Source: Minisyncoccota bacterium (GTDB lineage Bacteria; Patescibacteriota; Microgenomatia; UBA1400; PJMF01). Taken from it: 64,000 nucleotides of DNA. The DNA lies in assembly GCA_012515515.1 (NCBI GenBank), contig JAAYYE010000013.1, positions 2,293 to 66,292 on the forward strand, given 5' to 3'. This document shows positions 30,009 through 38,587 of this stretch, piece by piece. Position 1 is the first letter of the stretch, and every line of letters begins with the position of its first letter. The position numbers and the translations under genes are program-made. The notes below the pieces were generated by a model. It made no database searches. It saw only the letters and a program-made list of their open reading frames with translations, and was not told where the DNA came from.

Positions 30009-30869
30009 TTATTTCTCTTCGACTATTTGCCAGTTGAGACGAATAGCAGGGCCCATGCTTGGCGCAATCGCGACTTTGAGCACTCTATTCTTTAATGCTT
30101 TAAGAACGGCCAAAATGTTTTCTTCTAGCATTTTGTCGTCCATGCTCACTTTGCCAATTACCAGGTGCATGAGTGGAGCTTTTTTCTCTGTTTTGAGCGT
30201 AAAGGCTCCAGCTTCTAGCTCTTTCTTTTTTAGTTCTGGTTTTGGGGTGAGGGTGCCATTTTTAGGATTCGGCATCAAACCTTTCGGTCCCAAAATTTTG
30301 GCTAATTTGGCTAATTTTGGCATTAATTCTGGTGAGGCTAATAGCACATCAAAATTAATTTTACCTTGTTCGACCTCGGCTAATAATGCTTCGTCGGCGA
30401 TGGCCACTTTGACGCTTTTTCCCGTGTTGTGAGGTAGGGTTAGGTCGACACTGGTGCCGATTTCTTTCACTACAATATGGGCTTCGACAGAAGCATCAAA
30501 TTTGCTATAAGAAAATTTTTTGACTAAAGCAATGGCTGAAGCAGGGTCATGAGTTTTAGTTTTATCTAATTGAGCTCTGACGGCTTGATATTTTTTGCCC
30601 CTGACTTTTTTTGATTTTTTTTGCAGAACTGGCTTTTTTTCTTCACTGGCTTGTTCTTTAGCATCGCCTGCTGGCTTTTTATCTTCACTCACGGGCTTTT
30701 TATCTTCCTTCGCGTCCTTCACTGGCTCTTTAGCTTCAGCTGCTGGCTTTTTAGCTTCACTCGCTGGCTTTTTAGCTGCTTGATCTTTCTTCTTTTCAGC
30801 TTTTTTTTCTTTGACAATTTTGACAGTAGTCTCAGTTTGAGTCATGTCAACATTTTTTTTGCTTCCCAT
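30009..30869 (-). CDS. rplA: 50S ribosomal protein L1 with about 85-aa Lys/Ala/Glu/Pro-rich N-terminal extension
   Basis: L1 core KKYQAVRAQLDKTKTHDPASAIALVKK...GPKGLMPNPKNGT. Extension MGSKKNVDMTQTE...KKPAAEAKEPVKDAKEDKKPVSEDKKP. Stop adjacent (1 nt) to the thrS stop. Confidence 0.85.
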   Translation of the reverse strand: MGSKKNVDMTQTETTVKIVKEKKAEKKKDQAAKKPASEAKKPAAEAKEPVKDAKEDKKPVSEDKKPAGDAKEQASEEKKPVLQKKSKKVRGKKYQAVRAQLDKTKTHDPASAIALVKKFSYSKFDASVEAHIVVKEIGTSVDLTLPHNTGKSVKVAIADEALLAEVEQGKINFDVLLASPELMPKLAKLAKILGPKGLMPNPKNGTLTPKPELKKKELEAGAFTLKTEKKAPLMHLVIGKVSMDDKMLEENILAVLKALKNRVLKVAIAPSMGPAIRLNWQIVEEK

Positions 30870-30951
30870 ATTTCCTTTCTGTTAACGTGGTGCAAACGAC
30901 TGGGGAAAAGCTTGAGTCTGCCACGTTAATATTATTATTTGATAATTTTAA
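30870..30951 (-). promoter_or_regulatory. Possible L1-binding leader between rplK and rplA
   Basis: Minus-strand palindromic ends CGTGGCAGACTCAAGC...CACCACG could form a hairpin. Position analogous to L1 autoregulatory sites. Speculative. Confidence 0.2.
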
Positions 30952-31377
30952 TTAATCAGTAATTTCGACACCCATGCTTTGAGCAGCGCCAATCACGGAG
31001 CGGCTGGCTGCCTCAACATCTTTAGTATTGAGATCTGCCATTTTTTCTTCGGCAATTTCTCGAACTTGGGCTTTGCTTAATTTACCTTTGTTTTCTCGAC
31101 CAGGTAGAGCACTGCCTTTTTTTAATTTAATTTTTTGTTTAATTAAATCGGCCACTGGAGGTAATTTTAGAACAAAAGTAAAAGAACGATCTTCATAAAC
31201 TGTGATTTCTGCTGGGATAATTTGCCCACGCTTGTCGGCAGTTTTATCATTATATTGCTTGATGAAATCCATCATGTTAATCCCTGCTTGACCTAAAATT
31301 GGGCCCACTGGAGGAGCAGGAGTAGCACTACCGGCTGGTAAATTTAACTTTAAGATTTGTTTGACCTTTTTTGCCAT
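30952..31377 (-). CDS. rplK: 50S ribosomal protein L11
   Basis: [43 protein letters not shown]... is a canonical L11. Confidence 0.9.
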   Translation of the reverse strand: MAKKVKQILKLNLPAGSATPAPPVGPILGQAGINMMDFIKQYNDKTADKRGQIIPAEITVYEDRSFTFVLKLPPVADLIKQKIKLKKGSALPGRENKGKLSKAQVREIAEEKMADLNTKDVEAASRSVIGAAQSMGVEITD

Positions 31378-31392
31378 GATTAATTCTTTCTA

Positions 31393-32118
31393 CTACACTT
31401 TTTTGACTTGTAAGAAATCTAATTCTACTGGAGTTTCTCGACCAAAAATATTGATTAAGACTGTGACTTTGCCTCTTTCTTCATCGATTTTATCAACACT
31501 GCCCAAGAAATCATTAAATGGACCATCAGTAATTCTCACTGCTTCACCATCAACAAAATCAGCCTTATATTGAGTATCACTTTGTTCGGCATATTTCATG
31601 ATTGCTTCGACTTCGCTCTTAGGGAGTGGGGTAGGACGACTGCTCATGCCCACAAAACCAGTCACACCTTCGGTGGTGCGAATAGCTAACCAGGCATTGT
31701 CGGTAATTTCCATTTCTACCAAAATATAACCTGGAAAAATCTTTTCACTAACCGTACGACGCTGACCGCGTCTGATTTGAATTTTGTCTTGAGTAGGAAT
31801 AAAAACCCGCAAAATCTTGTCTAACAGATGTAATGTTTCAGTTCGTTGACGAAGTGCTTCTGCCACTTTGCGCTCATGGCCAGAATAAACGTGCACGACA
31901 AACCAACGAGCCTTTTTATTAACATCTTCGCTAATAACAATTAGATTTTCGTTAAGGCTTTTTTCACTTTTTTCTGCTTTTAGCTCTTTAGCCTCAGTTT
32001 CTTGAGTTTTTTCAGCCTCAGTTTTTTGAGTTTCTTCAAGCTCAGTTTCTTGAGTTGGTTCCACTGCAAGAACTTGATCTTTTTTTGATTGAGTCTTTTT
32101 ATCTTTACGATTTGCCAT
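31393..32118 (-). CDS. nusG: Transcription antiterminator NusG with about 65-aa acidic Thr/Glu-rich N-terminal extension
   Basis: NGN domain KKARWFVVHVYSGHERKV. KOW GEAVRITDGPFNDFLGSVDKID. Extension contains TQETELEETQKTEAEKTQETEA repeats. Confidence 0.85.
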   Translation of the reverse strand: MANRKDKKTQSKKDQVLAVEPTQETELEETQKTEAEKTQETEAKELKAEKSEKSLNENLIVISEDVNKKARWFVVHVYSGHERKVAEALRQRTETLHLLDKILRVFIPTQDKIQIRRGQRRTVSEKIFPGYILVEMEITDNAWLAIRTTEGVTGFVGMSSRPTPLPKSEVEAIMKYAEQSDTQYKADFVDGEAVRITDGPFNDFLGSVDKIDEERGKVTVLINIFGRETPVELDFLQVKKV

Positions 32119-32159
32119 AAATACCTTTAGAGTTTTTTGCGAAAAGTTATTATACCAGA

Positions 32160-32360
32160 TTAAATGAAAAGTGCTATAAGTTTTTGCAAAATAATATCAA
32201 GAGCACCAATATATAAAGCAAGCAAGAGGCTGACTATCACCACCAAAATGGTGAGGTTTTTCGTCGTCTGTTTACTGGGCCAAGTAGTTTTACTAAGTTC
32301 AGTTTTTACCTCAGATAAATATTTCTTAATTGCTTGCAACATAGACTGGCATTTTATCAC
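32160..32360 (-). CDS. secE: Preprotein translocase subunit SecE
   Basis: Short single-TM protein ...KTTWPSKQTTKNLTILVVIVSLLLALYIGALD, in the conserved position upstream of nusG. Confidence 0.7.
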   Translation of the reverse strand: MIKCQSMLQAIKKYLSEVKTELSKTTWPSKQTTKNLTILVVIVSLLLALYIGALDIILQKLIALFI

Positions 32361-34546
32361 AGACCAAGCTTTTTATTTTCTGGAATTGCTTGTTCTTCTT
32401 TTTCTAATTCTTCCTCTTCAATTTTTCGATCTTCAGCTTCTATATATCCAGCGCCTAGCTCTTCAATTTTTCGATCTTCAGCTTCTATATATCCAGCACC
32501 TAGATCTTCAGTTTCTATATACCCAGCGCCCAGATCTTCGGTTTCTAGGTCACTTGCTTTTCTTACTTCTTGGTCTTCTGTTTTTTCTACCTCAACTGGA
32601 TCGTTTGACTGAGCTTTTTTATCTTTAACTTGTTTTTGCTTTTGTTTCGGGTTATGGCTTAAACCGAGAGTGATAAAAACGATGGCAATAATAATCAGCA
32701 GGCCAGCTAAAGCTAAATATTGCCAATTAAAACGACTAGAAAATTGAGCAAAAGCAGCAGAAAAACCACCCGACGCTTGGTTTTGCTCTGTTTCTTCTTC
32801 AGCAATTGTTGGGCTTGGGTCGGGGCTCTGTACTTCTTCAACATTTTCACTTTCTGAATTTTCTGAGCCAGTTTCAGTTTCTGTTTCATCAACAATAACT
32901 GCAACAGTGGGTGAAACACTTGGACTTACTTCAATGCTTGGCTGAGGTTCTGTAGGGACTACGGTTGCTTGTGCAGTCGGCTGAGGGCTTGGTTTAATAT
33001 CAGTGCTGTCACAAGTGGCACTTTCTGGATTACTGGCTAAACGACAACGACCCTGATAGCAACGGTAGTCGGCCATACAATCACGATTGGTGTTGCAACC
33101 GTGGTTACAGGCATAAGTGGTGATGTCATAAGCTTCGCTAGGTAAAAATGGGCCTTTGATAATATAAGAGGCATCGCTGACTTGCGTGCTCACGCCTGCC
33201 ACTCTGCCCAAACTTAAAGTATCACTAACTAAGTCGGCATTAAAACACCATGGGCTATCTGGATTGCTTTCTAAACGGCATTGGCTGTTGATGCAGGCGA
33301 GACCAGGCGCACAACTGGAACCCTGCTGAGTCTGAACACAAGTATCTTGACAGTTAAGATTTTGACTAGCATTAGCTACGCAATAATTAAGATAGAGTTT
33401 AGGCCCTAACACAAATTGCTCCGCTTGGTCGTTATATAGGCGAAAATAATAGTTTTGATCGGCTTCAAAGCTAAGGATTTGTCCTTTTATGTCCTGGGAA
33501 AAACCAGTTAGTCTCGTTAGATCGATAATAGTATAAGGACCAACTTTTTGCGCCTTTTTAATTGATTTTTGGTAATAATCAGTAAACTGATGATCAAGAC
33601 TCACGTCTAGCCAAGCAAAACCATCATATTTTTCTGTATTCCAGACTAAATAAAATTTTTCTCCAGAATTAGGACCAGCTAAACAAGGGGCGAAATAGTG
33701 GAGGAAAAAATCACTTGCTGCTGCTAAAGAGATGTTGTTAGCTTCAACTTTATTGGTTAGACATTGTTGGCTCAGAGGTTCAAGAGTTTCCTGCTGGTGC
33801 CAGTGACAATTGAGTGGGGCTACTTGGTAATTGCGAGTTTGCCAAAAGTTTTGACAGTCACTCCAATCATCATAAACATAGCGACATTGGGCAAAATCAA
33901 TGCCGTTATCACTAATATAGTAATTAAACTGATTGACACCCGGGTGTTGCAGAATATTTTGCGCAGTGTCGTGGGCAATAGCCTGACTAGTAGTTGTGAG
34001 TTCTAAGTTCACCGCTCCTTCTTTTAGGGGAGTAAACTCAATACTAGCAATCGAAGTTGATAAATTATGACTGGTAAAGGGCTTGTCTGTTTCTTGGCTA
34101 ATCAATAACAAGGTGAGCAGATAGCAATCAGCTTGATCTTCACATTCTGTTTGTTGCAGACTGCTTTGAACCAGTTTTAAGCCCTGATCTTGAGGGGGAA
34201 TAATTTTTACATCATCTACTTGCCACAACCCAGGATCAGTTTTTAGCAGCAAATTAAGTTCCAAAGCGTCAACAAAGTGATTAAAAGTATTGACTTGGAG
34301 TTCAAGCCGACTTGTTTCTCCAACTTGAAAAAAGCTTTGGCTAAAAGGATAGGTATTAAAATCAACTCTTTTTTTAATTTCTTGAGCTTGTTTACGGGTA
34401 TCTAGGCTTTCATCAACAGACTGCAAGAAAATTAAGCCAAAAAGAGTGGCACTGAGAATAAAAATGAGCAGTAATACGCCAAAAACAAAAAAGGCATAAG
34501 ACCAAAAGGGTTTTTTTCTTGATTTTTGTAAAAAATTGCTTTCCAT
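32357..34546 (-). CDS. Cys-rich surface protein with N- and C-terminal TM helices, Pro/Thr linker and repetitive acidic cytoplasmic tail, translationally coupled to secE
   Basis: N-terminal TM FWSYAFFVFGVLLLIFILSATLFGLIF. Cys-rich modules CAPGLACINSQCRLESNPDSPWC and CNHGCNTNRDCMADYRCYQGRCRLASNPESATC. PT-rich linker. Second TM WQYLALAGLLIIIAIVFITLGL. Tail repeats (ELGAGYIEAEDRKIE)n. Stop overlaps the secE start (ATGA). Confidence 0.5.
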   Translation of the reverse strand: MESNFLQKSRKKPFWSYAFFVFGVLLLIFILSATLFGLIFLQSVDESLDTRKQAQEIKKRVDFNTYPFSQSFFQVGETSRLELQVNTFNHFVDALELNLLLKTDPGLWQVDDVKIIPPQDQGLKLVQSSLQQTECEDQADCYLLTLLLISQETDKPFTSHNLSTSIASIEFTPLKEGAVNLELTTTSQAIAHDTAQNILQHPGVNQFNYYISDNGIDFAQCRYVYDDWSDCQNFWQTRNYQVAPLNCHWHQQETLEPLSQQCLTNKVEANNISLAAASDFFLHYFAPCLAGPNSGEKFYLVWNTEKYDGFAWLDVSLDHQFTDYYQKSIKKAQKVGPYTIIDLTRLTGFSQDIKGQILSFEADQNYYFRLYNDQAEQFVLGPKLYLNYCVANASQNLNCQDTCVQTQQGSSCAPGLACINSQCRLESNPDSPWCFNADLVSDTLSLGRVAGVSTQVSDASYIIKGPFLPSEAYDITTYACNHGCNTNRDCMADYRCYQGRCRLASNPESATCDSTDIKPSPQPTAQATVVPTEPQPSIEVSPSVSPTVAVIVDETETETGSENSESENVEEVQSPDPSPTIAEEETEQNQASGGFSAAFAQFSSRFNWQYLALAGLLIIIAIVFITLGLSHNPKQKQKQVKDKKAQSNDPVEVEKTEDQEVRKASDLETEDLGAGYIETEDLGAGYIEAEDRKIEELGAGYIEAEDRKIEEEELEKEEQAIPENKKLGL
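32415..32534. repeat. Coding tandem repeat (45-nt unit x2 plus a partial 30-nt copy) inside the C-terminal tail of the Cys-rich protein gene
   Basis: CTTCAATTTTTCGATCTTCAGCTTCTATATATCCAGC(G/A)CCTAG(C/A)T repeated. Encodes (E)DRKIEELGAGYIEA units. Confidence 0.7.
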
Positions 34547-34587
34547 ATTGCTCTTTGATTGTTCTTTATTGCTCTTTATTTTTTTGC

Positions 34588-34983
34588 TTAATTTGATTCT
34601 TGTGACTCAATAATATGTGTCAAAATTGCGTAATCTTTAGCGTCAACGCGACCATCTTGGTTTAAATCAGCCTTTAAACTTTCGCTATCGATGGCTAAAA
34701 AAGCCTCTTCCATGGTCTGAACATCTGCTTGATTAATTTCTTGGTCTTGATTTAAATCAGCTCTGCTCAGCAAATCATCATTAATCTCTAGGTCAACAGC
34801 GCTATTTATCTCTGAATTTTTAATTTCTTGCCATTTTTGCCAACGCAACTGCTGTTGTTTAGTAACAAAGTGTTTGCAAGTTAGCCCAGCAAAAAAGATG
34901 ACTAAAAACAGCAGGAAAACAATTTCAGGCCAATCCATTTTTTTGATATATTTTGGATAAGATCTAGTATTTTTAGCCATCAA
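34588..34983 (-). CDS. Membrane-anchored protein with two dockerin-type (EF-hand-like) Ca-binding repeats
   Basis: TM helix IVFLLFLVIFFAGL. Repeats DLNQDQEINQADVQTMEEAFL and DLNQDGRVDAKDYAILTHII match the dockerin type I consensus DxNxDGxVNxxD. Confidence 0.5.
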   Translation of the reverse strand: MMAKNTRSYPKYIKKMDWPEIVFLLFLVIFFAGLTCKHFVTKQQQLRWQKWQEIKNSEINSAVDLEINDDLLSRADLNQDQEINQADVQTMEEAFLAIDSESLKADLNQDGRVDAKDYAILTHIIESQESN

Positions 34984-35063
34984 TCTAGCATACTAAATTT
35001 ACAGGGTAGAGGTCAAGTGCCAAGGGGATTTTTATTGGTGAATATGTTATACTCTTTGACATT

Positions 35064-35972
35064 ATGAGCGAAAAAAAAGTCCGAAAAGCTATTATTGCAG
35101 ATGCTGGCTTTGCCAGTCGTTATCTGCCAATTACTAAAACTATTCCTAAAGCAATGTTACCTTTGGGCAATCGACCAATTATGCAACTGGTCATTGAAGA
35201 ATGTATCGAAGCGGGGATTGAAGAAATTATTGTGGTAGCCACCCCAGAAGGTAAACCAATTTACGAAGATTATTTCAACAACAATGTTAATCGCATTCGT
35301 AAACAGCTCGATGTTCAGGGTAAAGCTGATCGTTATGTTCCAGTTCAAGAAGTCTTGAACTTTCCCAAAATGCTGGTGATCACTCAAGATCCAAGCTTGC
35401 CCTATGGCAATGGCTCACCCTTTGCTAGTGCTAAAAATTTTGTCGAAAATGAGGAGGCTTTTTTAGCTTTTTATAGTGATGATGTTGTTTTTGGTAAGCC
35501 TGGTGATGCCAAAACTTTGCTGGAGGCCTATCAACAAAATCCAGACGCCGATGCCATCATCATGGTTAAAGAAATTCTTGGTGATGAAATAGCTAAATAT
35601 GCGGCCGTATCATTAAAAAATGGTCAATATCAAGAAGGAAAGCCCAATATTTTAGCTAATATTGTCGAAAAACCAGATCCAGCTAAAGCGCCTACCCATC
35701 TCGCTTCTTATGGTCGCTATTTGTTTACGCAAAAAATCTTTGATTTTCTAGCAGCACAAAATACGGGGAAAGATGATGAGCTATGGACATCTGACGCAAT
35801 TGGTCGGTTAAATCAAACAGGAGCCAAAGTCCTAGTGCAGAAATCTAAAGGGGAGTGGATGACCACTGGTGATCCAGAAAATTATTTTAAAGCACATCTT
35901 AAATTTGTAGTCGAACAAGAGAAATATGGGAGCAAAATTAAGACTTGGTTAAAAGAATTCGAGGGCAAGTAG
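35064..35972 (+). CDS. galU: UTP--glucose-1-phosphate uridylyltransferase
   Basis: KAIIADAGFASRYLPITKTIPKAMLPLGNRPIMQLVIEE matches the GalU N-terminal nucleotide-binding signature. Confidence 0.75.
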   Translation: MSEKKVRKAIIADAGFASRYLPITKTIPKAMLPLGNRPIMQLVIEECIEAGIEEIIVVATPEGKPIYEDYFNNNVNRIRKQLDVQGKADRYVPVQEVLNFPKMLVITQDPSLPYGNGSPFASAKNFVENEEAFLAFYSDDVVFGKPGDAKTLLEAYQQNPDADAIIMVKEILGDEIAKYAAVSLKNGQYQEGKPNILANIVEKPDPAKAPTHLASYGRYLFTQKIFDFLAAQNTGKDDELWTSDAIGRLNQTGAKVLVQKSKGEWMTTGDPENYFKAHLKFVVEQEKYGSKIKTWLKEFEGK

Positions 35973-36464
35973 ATTAGGCAAGCAGATTAAAATTAGATTA
36001 AAATCGCGTTTTCTAGATCAAAATAAACAGCAAACGCTCAATTTTGTTAAAAAAAGCTTATTAAAAAAAGCTCTCTCGAGCCAATAAAAATTTGCTTAAA
36101 AAAAAGGCTTTTTGAGCCAATACTCCATTTTAGCAAATTTTTGCTCTTTGCAACAGCTGTTCTTTTCTTCTTAAACTTTTTACAATCAATTTAGATCTTG
36201 AATTGTTCTTTAAAATCCACCTTCTTCTGCAGGGAGCTATAGCATTTTTTCCTCAACAGCTTTTCTATGGGCTGATGGGTTGTAAAGTTTTTCCGTGGAA
36301 AAATTTTCGCCTTGCCCACCTGGTTATCCAGGGGAAAGACGCTGGCTTCTTGCACAAGTGGGTGGATTTTGTGTTTTTCTGAGTAGGGCTATATTTTTTG
36401 AGTTTTTTCAATATAATAATGAGGCATTGTTTGGCTAAGTGTAGATTTGTTAGTTTAACCACTA

Positions 36465-36540
36465 GCCTTTGTAGCTCAGTCGGTAGAGCGCAGTCTTGGT
36501 AAGACTGAGGTCTCGGGTTCGATCCCCGACAAAGGCTCCA
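36465..36540 (+). tRNA. tRNA-Thr (anticodon GGT), CCA encoded
   Basis: GCCTTTGTAGCTCAGTCGGTAGAGCGCAGTCTTGGTAAGACTGAGGTCTCGGGTTCGATCCCCGACAAAGGCTCCA. Anticodon loop TTGGTAA. Confidence 0.85.
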
Positions 36541-36610
36541 AACTACAGGCCACTAAATTATTAAAAGAATAATTTAAATAACAATTTAACAAGAGAACTT
36601 AATAAAACGC

Positions 36611-36692
36611 GCCAGGATACTCAAGCGGTCAACGAGGGCAGTCTGTAAAACTGCTGGCTTAGCCTACGTAGGTTCGAGTCCTACTCCTGGCA
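36611..36692 (+). tRNA. tRNA-Tyr (anticodon GTA), long variable arm
   Basis: GCCAGGATACTCAAGCGGTCAACGAGGGCAGTCTGTAAAACTGCTGGCTTAGCCTACGTAGGTTCGAGTCCTACTCCTGGCA. Anticodon loop CTGTAAA. Followed by CCG, not CCA. Confidence 0.8.
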
Positions 36693-36696
36693 CCGC

Positions 36697-36770
36697 GCCC
36701 CCCTAGCTCAACTGGTTAGAGCACCTGTTTTGTAAACAGGAGGTTCAGGGTTCGAGTCCCTGGGGTGGCT
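36697..36770 (+). tRNA. tRNA-Thr (anticodon TGT)
   Basis: GCCCCCCTAGCTCAACTGGTTAGAGCACCTGTTTTGTAAACAGGAGGTTCAGGGTTCGAGTCCCTGGGGTGGCT. Anticodon loop TTTGTAA. One C-U mismatch at pair 4-69 of the acceptor stem. No CCA. Confidence 0.7.
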
Positions 36771-36779
36771 CACTAGCAT

Positions 36780-37544
36780 ATGCTGACATTTTCACTAAAA
36801 AATCTTAATATTTTTATTAGTCAACGTGCCGATGGTGATTTTCGCCAAACTCAAACTGTTGAGCAATTTCTAGCAAGCCGGCAGTTGGTAGCTGCTGAAG
36901 ATCAATTTGTTCATTTGCAATTAGATAATAAAGATCAAGTGCTTGTTTTAGATGCCAAGCAAGTAAAAAGTAAGCAGACGAGTCTTTTACTCACAGGTGA
37001 TGCTATTTTAAGTCATTGGCAAAGAGGGGATAGGCAAGCAAATAAAACCCTAATTAGCATGGTCTTAGGTGACTGTTTTCCCTTAATATTTTTTGATCAA
37101 AAAAGCAAAAATATGGCGATGATTCACGCTGGTTGGGAACCATTATATTTAAATATCTTAGACCAAGTTTGGCAGCAAATGTTGGGCTTGTGGCAAACAA
37201 AAGCAGAGCATCTTCTAGTTTTCTTAGGTCCAGGAATTAGAGCTAAATCATATTTGGTCGAAAAAGAACCACGCCAAAGTCAGGATCCTTCTTGGAAAAA
37301 ATATATTAAAAAACAGCCAGATACGGGATTGTGGCAAATTGATTTACCAGCTTTTATCAAAAATCAATTGTTTGAAACATATAAACTGCCTAAACAGCAA
37401 TTAATTGATTGTCAATTAGATACCTACGCCTTGCCAAAAGAGTTCTTTTCATATCGCCGTAGCCAAGAGTTGCTTGCTGTGGGCAATAAAAAAGCTGCTC
37501 AATCGGCCAATGGTCGCTTTTTTGTCAGCTGTCGGTTGCTGTAG
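36780..37544 (+). CDS. pgeF: PgeF/YfiH (DUF152, laccase-domain) purine nucleoside phosphorylase / peptidoglycan editing factor
   Basis: MIHAGWEPLYLNILDQV matches the conserved HAGWRG core. Length of 254 aa is typical. Confidence 0.65.
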   Translation: MLTFSLKNLNIFISQRADGDFRQTQTVEQFLASRQLVAAEDQFVHLQLDNKDQVLVLDAKQVKSKQTSLLLTGDAILSHWQRGDRQANKTLISMVLGDCFPLIFFDQKSKNMAMIHAGWEPLYLNILDQVWQQMLGLWQTKAEHLLVFLGPGIRAKSYLVEKEPRQSQDPSWKKYIKKQPDTGLWQIDLPAFIKNQLFETYKLPKQQLIDCQLDTYALPKEFFSYRRSQELLAVGNKKAAQSANGRFFVSCRLL

Positions 37545-37693
37545 TGAAACACTTGGCCTAATAAAAATAGCTACTTTAGTGTGGCGAAAACATCAGTCGC
37601 TTTTCACTTCTACAGCTTTTGTGCTAAAATACTGCCTTGTTATCGCACACTTAAATACTTAAAAAACTTAAAAACTTAAACTAAAAAGGAAAC

Positions 37694-37897
37694 ATGGCAA
37701 AAGCAAAAAAAGGCCCTCGACAGCCAATAGGTCTACAATGCAGCGTTTGTAAGGCATTTGGTTACGTGAGCACCTACAATAAAAACAACGAATTACTAAA
37801 AAAACAGACCAGTGGTGAAAGTATTTTTCCCATCAATAAATATTGTAAAGTTTGTCGTAAAAGAACTCCTCATCGTTTGATGAAAAAACTCAAGTAA
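37694..37897 (+). CDS. rpmG: 50S ribosomal protein L33 (zinc-ribbon form, with a short insertion)
   Basis: CSVCK...STYNKNN...KYCKVCRKRTPHRL parallels L33 (C)TEC...TTKNKRN...KKYCPRCRKHTLHRE. Confidence 0.55.
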   Translation: MAKAKKGPRQPIGLQCSVCKAFGYVSTYNKNNELLKKQTSGESIFPINKYCKVCRKRTPHRLMKKLK

Positions 37898-37921
37898 GCT
37901 GATTTGAGCAGCTAGTTTTTT
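37897..37921 (+). terminator. Weak rho-independent terminator after rpmG
   Basis: AGCTG-ATTTGAG-CAGCT followed by AGTTTTTT. 5-bp stem only. Confidence 0.35.
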
Positions 37922-37984
37922 CAATAAAATAAAGGGCTAATTTTTGTAAAATAAGCGATTTTTTTAATGTTTGCTTAAATTTTC

Positions 37985-38587
37985 TCAATCATTATTAAAA
38001 ACTTTGAGCAAATTACTGTTTTCTCCATCTTCAAGTAGAAAATGTTTGAACAAGCCGAATTTTTTTAAATGGTTAGGATTGTATTTGTCGAAGTGAATGG
38101 AGAAGATGTCGCGACCTGCAACTTGATCATAGGCAAGATGAATGTGGCCGATGCGTAATGACTTAAGGTGATTACCGCTCGTAGCAATAAAGCGCGCTAA
38201 AATTTGTCGAGGTTGCCAATTTTGTAGTAATTTTTTCTTCTCTTGGTAAACTTGCGCAAAAGGTCCAGCGCTTAACCAATCTTCAATTTCAACATTAAAT
38301 ACCCCCCTAGGGTATTTTTGACGGAGATAAATTGATAATAATAAAGAATTTTTAGTCTTAAAATTGGCTAATTCCCAAAATTTCTGAAAGAAAACCTCTT
38401 TTTTTAATCTATCCAATTCTTTTTCAAGAGCTTGTTTCAGAAATTGATAGGCACCCGCTACATCACGAAAGGGTAGGTCGAGTGGCATAACTGTTTGCAC
38501 CTTCTGTTCAGGGAATTGGCGACAAATTATTAGTTGGTAGCTTTGTTCTTCTTGATCAAAAAAACAATAATAACGATTTAGAGTCAT
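37985..38587 (-). CDS. Hypothetical protein, co-operonic with the upstream glycosyltransferase-like gene
   Basis: 200-aa ORF with 4-nt overlap with the 38584..40041 ORF. Only a C-terminal GHIHLAYD hint of a phosphoesterase-like motif, which is not sufficient for a call. Confidence 0.35.
   Translation of the reverse strand: MTLNRYYCFFDQEEQSYQLIICRQFPEQKVQTVMPLDLPFRDVAGAYQFLKQALEKELDRLKKEVFFQKFWELANFKTKNSLLLSIYLRQKYPRGVFNVEIEDWLSAGPFAQVYQEKKKLLQNWQPRQILARFIATSGNHLKSLRIGHIHLAYDQVAGRDIFSIHFDKYNPNHLKKFGLFKHFLLEDGENSNLLKVFNND

Noticed and set aside
30034-30929. ORFs antisense to rplA (30034..30432, 30595..30783, 30621..30929)
   Set aside because: Antisense or overlapping frames of the ribosomal protein L1 gene and its lysine-rich repeat region.
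32164-32628. 154-aa and 92-aa plus-strand ORFs over secE and the tandem-repeat region
   Set aside because: Antisense to secE and to the repeat-encoded tail of the Cys-rich protein. Repetitive translation (LQFFDLQLLYIQ...) is a repeat artefact.
36265-36462. 65-aa minus-strand ORF and possible tmRNA (plus-strand GGGCTGATGGG at about 36270 resembles a tmRNA 5' end)
   Set aside because: The ORF is Lys-rich and overlaps a structured non-coding-looking element. For tmRNA, no tRNA-like T-arm/acceptor 3' end or tag-peptide reading frame follows. No RNase P or SRP consensus was seen either.
37985-38587. Metallophosphoesterase call for the 200-aa ORF
   Set aside because: Only a GHIH tetrapeptide is present. 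The upstream DxH / GDxxDR / GNH(D/E) motifs are not seen, so it is left as hypothetical.
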